Source: a virus
Lineage: Duplodnaviria > Caudoviricetes
IMG/VR virus record: IMGVR_UViG_3300016265_000662
Coordinates: 1-34,705 of that record
Reading direction: 5' to 3' (one strand)
DNA length: 34,705 bases
The position numbers were made by a program, and so were the translations under genes. Position 1 is the stretch's first letter. Each line of letters opens with the position of its first letter. The notes under the pieces were generated by a model. It was not told the origin of the DNA. It searched no databases and worked only from the letters and a program-made list of their open reading frames with translations. This document shows, in pieces, positions 1-7,913 of this stretch.

Positions 1-122
1 ATGGCCTCCAGCGGGCCGACACCCTCGGCCGCCAGCACCTCGTCCACGTCGGGCTGCTTGAGACGCGACGCCAGCTCGTAGTCGGCGTCCGTCCATTCGC
101 GGAATACCCAGGGGCTAGCCAT
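1..122 (-). CDS. 5' part of internal virion protein A-like (T7 gp13-like, GNAT-like) gene; continues across the origin into 34705..34363
   Basis: ATG at 122 overlaps the tail tubular B stop. Reads MASPWVFREWTDADYELASRLKQPDVDEVLAAEGVGPLEA, then joins in frame (AT|C) to IRLSVGLSQRAEAILVDGRVEG at the window end. Confidence 0.85.
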   Translation of the reverse strand, partial: MASPWVFREWTDADYELASRLKQPDVDEVLAAEGVGPLEA

Positions 123-2499
123 CGTTGAACGTGAACTTGCGCACGACCGCCAGCACATGGAACGGCAGCGGCTGCTCCTGCGTGATGGTGACGACGCCGC
201 CGTCGGCCATGTTGGAGAGCCGACCGAGCCGCTTGTCGCCCGTGAACGGCTGCACCTGCTGGTCGAGGATGCCCGCGCCGAACTGGCGGAACGGGATCGT
301 GACGTTGTCGATGGTGAGCCCGAGCGTGCCCTTCAGGCGCACGATCACGTCATGCACCGAGAGCTGCGAGCCTTGGCTCGACCCGGTGCCGGGGCTGACC
401 TCAATCGGCAGGAGCTTGAGCACTGAACGGTACGGCAGGCCGATCTCGACCTCGTAGGCCGCGCGCGGCAGCGTGACCGACCCGCTCGCCACGGTCTGGC
501 GCGGCATGACCACGCCGTCGGCCAGCACGTCGCAGGACTTCGCCTCGAGGTGCGACAGGCCCGACCAGGCGGCGGTCGCCTTGCCAATCTGCCCGAGCGT
601 CGTCACCGCGCCGGGGTTGGTCGCGAGCGCGTAGGTGTAGGTATTGGGGCCGGTGACGGTGATCGTGTAGTCGCCGTTATAGCCGGCCGGGGCGAAGCCG
701 CGGTGCCGGACCTTGTCGCCGCTCGTGTAGCCGTGTGCGGTGCGCGTGATGGTCACGGTGCCAGTGGCCCAGCTCGCCGCGCTGGCCGTCACGAACACGG
801 AGCCGGTGATGCAGGCATCGGTATGCCGCCCGTCCTCAAACACCTCGACGTAGCGTTTCGTCACGCCGTTGACCGTGCGCCGGACCACGACCCACACCTG
901 GTCGACGCCGCCTGCGGGGATGCGGCAGACGCTTTCGTAGCTGCCGTCGGTCGTGCGCCGGCTCCAGCCGTTCAGGCCGCTGTCGGCCTCCTGCGCTTCG
1001 CGGTAGAGCGTCAGCGCGGCCAGCGTGCCATCGGCCCGCAGCGCCCACAGCAGGGACTCCGGCTCGCGCTGCATGGCGAGCTGGACGATGCCGCTCTCGG
1101 TGATGTGCTCGGCGAAGCGTGTCAGGTCCGGCGCGGTGTAGCCTTCGCGCTCGCTGGTGTAGGCCAGTGCGCGCAGCTTCCGGCCGCCGCTTTGCACGAA
1201 AATGATGTCGTTGCCGAACCGCACCGGCCGCGCCTGCCCGCATCCGTAGTCGGATAGCGTGATCCTGCGCGCCGTTGCCGGGCCGAGCACATTGTCGCCG
1301 CCGCTGACCGCAAACTCGCCCCCGGAGGTCAGCGGCACCAGCACGCGCGAGGCGACGAGGTGCAGCACACGGTTGTACTCGGCGCTGACCATCTCGAACG
1401 AAAAGCCGTCGTCGTCGTTCGTGCCGCGCGCGAAGTTGAAATACTCGCCGACGCGCGTGCCCCAGACGTAGCCGGGCAGCCCCGGCGCCCCGGCCGCAAT
1501 CAGCCGCTGATCGTGGAACACGCCCGTGCTCGGGAACCCGAACCGGGTGCCCCAGACTTTCGGCATGCGCCGCCAGCCGCCGGAGGATGCCGCGGACGCG
1601 CTCGCCAGCGGGACGCGCACGATGCCATTTGCGACGGTGCCGCTGGTGACGGAAGTAATCTCGACGAGGCCGTCGTTGATCCAAACGTAGGCGCCTGCGT
1701 CGTAGCTGGTCGAGCGCCACGCGGCAACGCCAGTGGTCAGCGTGATGGATGCGCCCTCCGGTCCGGCGGCGCTCGGCGTGCAGCTCGTCTTCGGTGACTC
1801 GGTCAGCGTCCAGGAGCCGGACGCGAGCGACGTGCCGGCGAACGTATCGACCACGGTCGCGCTGACCTGCGTCGCGCTGGTGAACCCGGTAATCGTCGCC
1901 AGGCCGAGCCCAGAGACGATCTGCCGGCCCACGTCCGCGTTCGCCCACAGCGACGCCGCTGCCGTCACGGTGATGGATCCCGTCGTCGCGGACAGCGTCA
2001 GGCCGACATTCGGCTGCTCGCCCACCTCCTCCGCAGGTTCCACGAGGAACGGCACGGTGGCGAACTTCCACGCCGTGTCCGACACGCGCACCAGGCGGCG
2101 CGGGTAATAGCCGGGATGAAACACGACCAGCGTGTCGGCTGCCTGGGTGAACTCGAGCTGCGGCAGATCGGCGGCGGTGTACGGGGTCGACACCTCGACC
2201 GGCGGGCCGCTGACGATCTGCGCGCCGTCGCGGTAGAAGCGGATATAGCCGACGCCGAACTCCAGCACGTAGGCTTGAGTCGTGCTGAACACGAACGGGA
2301 TGAGCCATGCCGCGCCGGAGGTTTTCGTCTCAGCCACGTAGCGCGAGCCGGCCGCCCGCATCGCCCCGCCCTGTATGACCGGGTGCGCGTTCTCGCACTC
2401 GGCGAGCGCGTTGGCGTACTGCGGCAGGTCGACCCGGCCGAACAGGCGCGGGCTGATCTCGCCGGCCGTGAAATTGGTCTGGATCTGTCCGCTGCGCAC
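115..2499 (-). CDS. Tail tubular protein B (nozzle, T7 gp12-like)
   Basis: 794 aa; N-terminal QTNFTAGEISPRLFGRVDL, FPSTGVFHDQRL and C-terminal QEQPLPFHVLAV motifs; follows tail tubular A. Confidence 0.9.
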   Translation of the reverse strand: MRSGQIQTNFTAGEISPRLFGRVDLPQYANALAECENAHPVIQGGAMRAAGSRYVAETKTSGAAWLIPFVFSTTQAYVLEFGVGYIRFYRDGAQIVSGPPVEVSTPYTAADLPQLEFTQAADTLVVFHPGYYPRRLVRVSDTAWKFATVPFLVEPAEEVGEQPNVGLTLSATTGSITVTAAASLWANADVGRQIVSGLGLATITGFTSATQVSATVVDTFAGTSLASGSWTLTESPKTSCTPSAAGPEGASITLTTGVAAWRSTSYDAGAYVWINDGLVEITSVTSGTVANGIVRVPLASASAASSGGWRRMPKVWGTRFGFPSTGVFHDQRLIAAGAPGLPGYVWGTRVGEYFNFARGTNDDDGFSFEMVSAEYNRVLHLVASRVLVPLTSGGEFAVSGGDNVLGPATARRITLSDYGCGQARPVRFGNDIIFVQSGGRKLRALAYTSEREGYTAPDLTRFAEHITESGIVQLAMQREPESLLWALRADGTLAALTLYREAQEADSGLNGWSRRTTDGSYESVCRIPAGGVDQVWVVVRRTVNGVTKRYVEVFEDGRHTDACITGSVFVTASAASWATGTVTITRTAHGYTSGDKVRHRGFAPAGYNGDYTITVTGPNTYTYALATNPGAVTTLGQIGKATAAWSGLSHLEAKSCDVLADGVVMPRQTVASGSVTLPRAAYEVEIGLPYRSVLKLLPIEVSPGTGSSQGSQLSVHDVIVRLKGTLGLTIDNVTIPFRQFGAGILDQQVQPFTGDKRLGRLSNMADGGVVTITQEQPLPFHVLAVVRKFTFNDG

Positions 2500-2502
2500 G
2501 GG

Positions 2503-3075
2503 CTATCGGTAGTGGCGCGCGGCCAGCAGCGGCGAGTCGCCGAACTCCTCCCCGGTGTCCTCCTGCCCGTTGATCGCGCGGGCCTGCTGCAGGATGGCGT
2601 TGAAGCGGCCCTGCATGGCCTCGACCATCGAGGCGGACTTCGTGATCGGGTAGGCCATCACGACAGCCATGGCGGCGGTCTGCGCGGCAATCAGCAGGCT
2701 GTCCCAGCGCGCCACGTCCTCGACGCGCGCGATGTAGCGGAGCTTGAGCGTGTCCTCGTCGAAGAGGATGGTGCCGCCCTCCATTACGAAGTGCGGGCTC
2801 TCGCCCTCCTCGCCGACGCTCAACGTGCGCAGCCAGTCGCCGGGCAGGGTGAACGCATACGGCCATTCATAGGCGGGCGGCACGGCCTGCGGAGCCAGCA
2901 CCACGCGCTTCGTCGCACAGTTCCAAGGGTGCATGCGCAGCGTCGAGTCGCGCGTGTCCTCCCAGAGGTTCGCGCACAGCTGCGCCGTGTCGGACGCCTC
3001 GTCAAAGGACGTGATCGGACGCTGCCCCAGCATGAGCAGCGCATTTGAGGAAATGGAAACAGGCGATGTCGCCAT
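2503..3075 (-). CDS. Tail tubular protein A (adaptor, T7 gp11-like)
   Basis: 190 aa; ISSNALLMLG...LRMHPWNCATKR...YAFTLPGDWLR motifs; synteny. Confidence 0.9.
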   Translation of the reverse strand: MATSPVSISSNALLMLGQRPITSFDEASDTAQLCANLWEDTRDSTLRMHPWNCATKRVVLAPQAVPPAYEWPYAFTLPGDWLRTLSVGEEGESPHFVMEGGTILFDEDTLKLRYIARVEDVARWDSLLIAAQTAAMAVVMAYPITKSASMVEAMQGRFNAILQQARAINGQEDTGEEFGDSPLLAARHYR

Positions 3076-3083
3076 GAGGGGAT

Positions 3084-3105
3084 GGGCGGGGCCGAAGCCC
3101 CGCCC
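3084..3105 (-). terminator. GC stem with UUCG tetraloop after the capsid/decoration genes (weak terminator or mRNA stabiliser)
   Basis: - strand GGGCGGGGC-TTCG-GCCCCGCCC, perfect 9-bp stem; no U-tract, so readthrough is likely. Confidence 0.55.
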
Positions 3106-3111
3106 TTAGCC

Positions 3112-3798
3112 TCAGTCCTGCACGTAGGGCAGGGTCAGGCGGATCACCTGGTTGTTGGCGATCTGCGCGCCGGCCACCGTCGAGATCAGCGTGCAGTCAT
3201 CCGTCGAGCCGGAGAACCCGGTCGGCAGGATCAGGCCGCTGTCGTCCGAGGTCTCGAACATACCGCCGGTCACGGTCAGCGCGACTGCCGTGCCGTTGGC
3301 GGTGGCAGCGTTGCTGATCGTCACCGTATTGGCCGACACGCCCGTGATACGGGTCGCCGCCGGAATGCCGGTGCCGGTGATGAGGTCGCCCACCTGGAAC
3401 GCGCCGAGCGGGCGGCAGTTGAGCAGGACGTTGGAGCCGATGACGGTGTCACCCGCGCCGACCTTTGCGAAGGCCGACGCGTTCGGCGTCGCCGTGCCGG
3501 CAGTCGTGATCGCGGTAGCCGCCAGATGACGGGCCGCCGAGATGCTGTCGCCGAGGTTCAGCGTGCAGCTCGCCGTGCCGGTCGACCACTGCAGCTGCCC
3601 GAGGTGGCCGAGGATGCGCGAGCGCACCGGCAGCTTGCCCCAGATGATGCGGTCAGCGATGGCGGGCGCGGTGCCGGAGCCCGGCGCCACATAGACGGCC
3701 TCGAACACGCGGAGGCGGCCAGCCAAGGCGTTGACCTTGACCCGCTGCGGGATCGGCGTCGAGACGACCGACGCCAGCGATGCGTTGAAATCAGGCAT
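3112..3798 (-). CDS. Probable capsid decoration/cement protein
   Basis: Directly downstream of the major capsid gene; beta-rich; GRLRVF...KLPVRSRIL...LNLGD pattern; AGGAG RBS. Confidence 0.6.
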   Translation of the reverse strand: MPDFNASLASVVSTPIPQRVKVNALAGRLRVFEAVYVAPGSGTAPAIADRIIWGKLPVRSRILGHLGQLQWSTGTASCTLNLGDSISAARHLAATAITTAGTATPNASAFAKVGAGDTVIGSNVLLNCRPLGAFQVGDLITGTGIPAATRITGVSANTVTISNAATANGTAVALTVTGGMFETSDDSGLILPTGFSGSTDDCTLISTVAGAQIANNQVIRLTLPYVQD

Positions 3799-3813
3799 GT
3801 GTGCTGTCTCCTG

Positions 3814-4701
3814 TTACTCGAAGCACTGAATGGCAACGACGCCTTCGTCCTCGACGCGCACGGCGCCGATCGACATGCGGGCGTAGACCTGCACCGAGTT
3901 GTTCTTGCCCGGCAGGCGGTCGATGGTGGCCTGCACGTCCTTGCCGACGCCGAGCGCCATGCACGGCCGAGCCCAGCACAGCGCGGTGCGCAGGTTGCCG
4001 ACCTTCGGCAGGCGCTCCGAGCGGATGAACTTGAAGCCGAGGAACGTGTCGACCTGGCCCTGCGCCAGCGCCTTGACGACGTTGTAGTCGATGCTCTTGA
4101 TCTCGGTGGTGCCGTACAGGTTGGTCAGCTGCTTGGCCGAGACGACCATCACACGCGACGGGGTCGCGCCCTGCCCGGTCATATCCTGCCCCTCGTCCGC
4201 CTGAATCTCGGCGGAATCGAGCAGCTCCTTCGCGGTCAGCAGCTTCGCGAGCGTGAGGCCAGCCGAGCCGCCTTCCGTGATGGTCTGCGCGCTGGGCAGC
4301 GCCTGCGTGCCGGTGCCGGTGCGGGCGGTGCCGCGGACGGCGTTGATGATGATGTCGTCCATGGCGCGGTTGAGCGCCTGCACGCCGAGCGCCGGGTACT
4401 TGGACTTCGGATCGGCCAGCATCTTGATCTCGTCCATCTCGTCGACGAGTTCGGCCCACGCCTTGTCCTGCAGGTCGATCCAGCGCCGGCTGTGCGGCAC
4501 TTCGACGTAGCGGGTGTCCGCGTGGCGGCTGGTGATGTCGTAGGCTTCGGAACGGCCCACGCGCTCGACGGCGCGGCTCTGGCCGACGATGCCGTCGTAG
4601 CTCTCGCAATACGGGCGCAGGCGCGAGGAGACCTGCTGGCCGAGTTCGTAGAAGTTCGCGCTGAACTGGTTTACGAACGCTTCGGTGATCTGAAAGCTCA
4701 T
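3814..4701 (-). CDS. Major capsid protein
   Basis: 295 aa; FVNQFSAN, ALNRAMDDIII, VDTFLGFKFIRSERL, MSIGAVRVEDEGVV motifs; AGGAG RBS. Confidence 0.93.
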   Translation of the reverse strand: MSFQITEAFVNQFSANFYELGQQVSSRLRPYCESYDGIVGQSRAVERVGRSEAYDITSRHADTRYVEVPHSRRWIDLQDKAWAELVDEMDEIKMLADPKSKYPALGVQALNRAMDDIIINAVRGTARTGTGTQALPSAQTITEGGSAGLTLAKLLTAKELLDSAEIQADEGQDMTGQGATPSRVMVVSAKQLTNLYGTTEIKSIDYNVVKALAQGQVDTFLGFKFIRSERLPKVGNLRTALCWARPCMALGVGKDVQATIDRLPGKNNSVQVYARMSIGAVRVEDEGVVAIQCFE

Positions 4702-4713
4702 GGTTTAGCTCTC

Positions 4714-4826
4714 CTGATGAGGTTGAACACTTGCGGGTGTCCTCGCCCTGTCAGGGTGTCCGGTCTCCGGGCCTGCGGTCGAAGCTCGCGGCGTGAGCTG
4801 CGTGCGGGCCGTTGCCGGGTGTCCGC
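4714..4826 (-). promoter_or_regulatory. Structured 5' leader of the capsid gene with three GGACACCC copies
   Basis: GGGTGTCC on + at 4735-4742, 4754-4761 and 4817-4824; hand-folded hairpins. Confidence 0.6.
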
Positions 4827-5687
4827 CTAGCCGCGATTCCTCGCGACCTGCAACTCGTGCCACTTCTGCACTCGTCGGACCGCATCATCGTGGCCGGGGG
4901 CGCGTGGATTCCAATAGGCGGAATTGCGATCTTTCATCAGCGCTTCGATCTCGGCCTGCGTCGCGTCGGCCGCCAGTCCGTTGGGCGGGCGGTCCTCGGC
5001 CAGCGCCTTGGCCACCTTGGCCAGCACGCGCACGGCGATAGGGTTGTTGCCCAGCTCGTCGATGGCGGCCATTTCCTCGGCGTCCGCGAAATGCTGGAAC
5101 GCACGGAACGCATCGCGCAGCTGGGCGGTCATCGCCGCCTCGCTGCCGTAGTGCGACAGCAGCGCCGCCTTTGCGCCCTCGACGGTGGCCTGCTCGGCCT
5201 GTGCTTTCAGGCCCTCGACGGCCGCCAGGTGCGCGCGCACTGCGGCGTTGAATTGCTTGTTGGTCAAGCCCCACTCGTGCGCCTGGGCGGCGAATGCCTT
5301 GGTGGCCTCCTCGTCGAACTCGAGCGCCTCGCCGTCGGCCAGCTCAACCTTGTAGTCGTCGGCTTTGCCCGGCACCTCGCCGAAGCGCTTCTCCAGCTCG
5401 CGGTGCGCCTTGATGAGGCCGGCCGGCAGGCCGCGCTCGTCGAGCCGCAGCGCCTTCGCTTCCGGGTCCCAGAACTTTTCGGGCACGTCCGACCAGCGCC
5501 CGGTCGCCTCGTCGAGCGTCGGGCCGTCGGCAGGCGTGCCAGCACCGGCCGGAGGAGCCGCAGGGGACGCGCCAGCGTCAGCGGCAGGGGGTGCATCGGC
5601 TGCGGCAGCGGACGCGAGCAGCGAGCCGCCAGCGGCCGGCGCAGCGCCGTCAGCGGGGGACTCAAGACGTGGGGTGATCACGAACAT
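4827..5687 (-). CDS. Capsid scaffolding protein
   Basis: ATG 5687 with GAGG RBS; Ala/Pro-rich N-terminus, VPEKFWD...ELEKRFG, C-terminal AYWNPRAPGH; upstream of capsid gene. Confidence 0.85.
   Translation of the reverse strand: MFVITPRLESPADGAAPAAGGSLLASAAAADAPPAADAGASPAAPPAGAGTPADGPTLDEATGRWSDVPEKFWDPEAKALRLDERGLPAGLIKAHRELEKRFGEVPGKADDYKVELADGEALEFDEEATKAFAAQAHEWGLTNKQFNAAVRAHLAAVEGLKAQAEQATVEGAKAALLSHYGSEAAMTAQLRDAFRAFQHFADAEEMAAIDELGNNPIAVRVLAKVAKALAEDRPPNGLAADATQAEIEALMKDRNSAYWNPRAPGHDDAVRRVQKWHELQVARNRG
4884..4918 (-). promoter_or_regulatory. Putative late promoter, copy 1 (upstream of capsid gene)
   Basis: CCTATTGGAATCCACGCG-N11-GATGAT on - strand; the 18-mer is identical to 10185-10202. 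Confidence 0.6.
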
Positions 5688-5886
5688 CTTCAACCTCGAT
5701 GTGGGCTATCTGCTGGAGGATGAACGCCAGCACCGCGCGCCGCCCCTCGCGGTAAGCGACGACGTCGGGCTGGCCGGGGACAAATGACGGCTGGTCGTAG
5801 AACCGGCGGGTGAGGTCCGCAAGGATCGCAGCGCCCTCGGGGTGCTGCTCGAAGACCCGCACGTAGGTCGCGGGCTCTACCGTCAC
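5662..5886 (-). CDS. Small head-operon protein (Bbp19-like)
   Basis: GTGA-coupled start; YVRVFEQHPEGAAILADLTRRF...AYREGRRAVLAFI; immediately upstream of scaffold. Confidence 0.75.
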   Translation of the reverse strand: MTVEPATYVRVFEQHPEGAAILADLTRRFYDQPSFVPGQPDVVAYREGRRAVLAFILQQIAHIEVEDVRDHPTS

Positions 5887-6227
5887 GACTCGATGGACAG
5901 CTCGTAGTCGAGCGAGCGGCCCTGCTGCTGCGAGACGAGCGCCAGGCGCCATTGCTCGCCGGCATTCACCGACACGTTCGTGCGGGCCTGCGCGCTGTTG
6001 TAGGTCGTCTGGTCGACCCACGTCAGGCCGTTGTTCACGCTGCGCTGGGTCTTCACGGTGTTGCTCGCGTCGATGACGCTGTGGCCATTGTTCAGCAGCG
6101 TGACCTTCATTGACGACGCATTGACGGCCGGCGCATTGCTCGGCGTCGGGATGACCAGCACGTCGGACACCTGGCCGAGGTTGACCGAGCCGCCTGCGGT
6201 AAACGTGCCTTTGACGATTTGGGGCAT
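5883..6227 (-). CDS. Hypothetical beta-rich protein, probably virion-associated
   Basis: 114 aa; AGGAG RBS; coupled to the next gene. Confidence 0.65.
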   Translation of the reverse strand: MPQIVKGTFTAGGSVNLGQVSDVLVIPTPSNAPAVNASSMKVTLLNNGHSVIDASNTVKTQRSVNNGLTWVDQTTYNSAQARTNVSVNAGEQWRLALVSQQQGRSLDYELSIES

Positions 6228-6242
6228 GGTGGAAGTCTCCTG

Positions 6243-7475
6243 TTAGTCGCGAGCGCGGACGCCGTTGACGTATCTGGTTGGAATCTCGCTCATCTTCAGC
6301 AAGTCGATTAGCCCCTGCTTCGCCTGTAAAGCAAGCCAGTCCAGAAGGCTGTTCATGTCTGCCTGCGTCCAGGTGATTGTGCCCGCCGCTGCCTCAAACC
6401 GATGGCCCATCGCTACGAACAGCCCGCCCGTGGCAATAGCTTTGTTTATGTAGCCCTGCACCGTTGCAAGCGGTTGCGTGTCTTCGAGGTTGCACGACGC
6501 CGGCAGCGCGAATCTGCGCATCGGGTTGTAGTACATATCCTGACGATTCCACGAGCGGTCCGACGCCCCGACCTCGCGCGCACAGGTGAACCCGTTATCC
6601 ATCAATGCACGCTGCAATGTGGCGTCGAACTGCCCTTGAACGTAGACATGACAAGAAGAGCTGTCTGTTGCGCCCACACTCTGAAGGAAGCGCCTGCATT
6701 CCAACACGTCGTTCATGTAAGCGGCGAGACCGAGCGTGTTGTAATTGTCGTTAAGCCGGGCGTGATTGACCAACTCAACAAGCCCGGATGGATCGGCTTG
6801 CATTTCGCGGCATTGTGCCGCCGTAACATGACCGGATTGGCCGACAAGGCCGGAAGCAATGCTCATTGAAACCGGAATGCCACGCGACACGCAGGCCGGG
6901 TACAGATAGCTGTAAAACTCGTCATACCCGTCATCGCACGTAAGAACGAAGGCAGGTCGATTGCGGGCAAATATGACGTACCCGGCGATCCAGACGTTCG
7001 CGTCTTCACCGGCTAGGACCATGATGCGTATTTTTGTCCTACGCGCCCCGCTGTACGTAGGAGAACCCGTCGGCGTCCACGTTGCGCCGGTCAGCATGAA
7101 TTGCCAGCCATCGTTGGCGGAAATCGCGGACATCAAGCCGGTTGCGAAGTTGGTGTAGGAGGAATCCCCGATGTAGACACTGCCCCCAGTGATTCTGGCA
7201 GGGCGGTCTGTTCTGAGGATTACGCCAATTGAAAACGGGACTGGGGCGCCCGGTGTCAGGTATGGGAAATTTACCGACGCCGTGTTGACGCCGATTTCAA
7301 AGTTTGTTGCGAGCGCCGCCGGAACGAATACGCGGGTAGTGGCCGCGCCGTTGTAAGTGACAGACGAGTCAGTAGTCCGAGTGACTCCAGCTCCCGCCAC
7401 TTCTGTGAAGTTGTTTGCGTTCGTGCAGTCAATCAGAGATGTCTGCTCCGGCGGCCTATTGGCTGCCCTCGGCAT
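6243..7475 (-). CDS. Polysaccharide deacetylase (NodB/CE4-like) domain protein with an N-terminal beta-sandwich
   Basis: TAATG overlap start at 7475 with GGAGG RBS; motifs LTCDDGY, ELVNH, YVQG, VAMGH; visibly lower GC than its flanks. Confidence 0.75.
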   Translation of the reverse strand: MPRAANRPPEQTSLIDCTNANNFTEVAGAGVTRTTDSSVTYNGAATTRVFVPAALATNFEIGVNTASVNFPYLTPGAPVPFSIGVILRTDRPARITGGSVYIGDSSYTNFATGLMSAISANDGWQFMLTGATWTPTGSPTYSGARRTKIRIMVLAGEDANVWIAGYVIFARNRPAFVLTCDDGYDEFYSYLYPACVSRGIPVSMSIASGLVGQSGHVTAAQCREMQADPSGLVELVNHARLNDNYNTLGLAAYMNDVLECRRFLQSVGATDSSSCHVYVQGQFDATLQRALMDNGFTCAREVGASDRSWNRQDMYYNPMRRFALPASCNLEDTQPLATVQGYINKAIATGGLFVAMGHRFEAAAGTITWTQADMNSLLDWLALQAKQGLIDLLKMSEIPTRYVNGVRARD

Positions 7476-7903
7476 TAGATCGGCCTCCAATCCACGACGA
7501 CGAAATCACCATCCGCCGCGACGGACAGCGCCATCGTGCAGCCGCTCTCCATGCGCCGGGCGTTACCGGGCGGCAGCACCTGACCGACCGTGCCGATGGG
7601 CAGCACCCACGACTTTGCCGCGCCGGTTGGATCGGTGAACCCAGTGATCGTCAGCGTGCCGGTGAGCGCGGCGCGGATCTGGATGCCCATCAGGAATATC
7701 GGCGTCGTTCCGCCCGTGCCGATGTTCTGCGCTGTCGCCACGTTCTGCAGAATGTTGCAGTTGGCCTCGTGCTTCACGGCGTCGTAGTTGTTCGTCAGCG
7801 AGGTTGTGTTGCGCTCGCCACCGATGACGCCCTGCTCAAGCGTCCACTGCGACCCGTCCTGAATCGTCGCCTCGTGTCCCCTGCTACTGACCAGTGTCGG
7901 CAT
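7475..7903 (-). CDS. Hypothetical protein, probably virion-associated
   Basis: 142 aa; GAGG RBS; directly after portal. Confidence 0.65.
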   Translation of the reverse strand: MPTLVSSRGHEATIQDGSQWTLEQGVIGGERNTTSLTNNYDAVKHEANCNILQNVATAQNIGTGGTTPIFLMGIQIRAALTGTLTITGFTDPTGAAKSWVLPIGTVGQVLPPGNARRMESGCTMALSVAADGDFVVVDWRPI

Positions 7904-7913
7904 CGCTAAGTCC

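Noticed and set aside
6464-6477. Second TTGC-N6-TTGC CII box
   Set aside because: It lies inside the deacetylase gene with no clear -10 or logical target; an 8-bp match can occur by chance in a genome this size. No PI-like box was found upstream of int.
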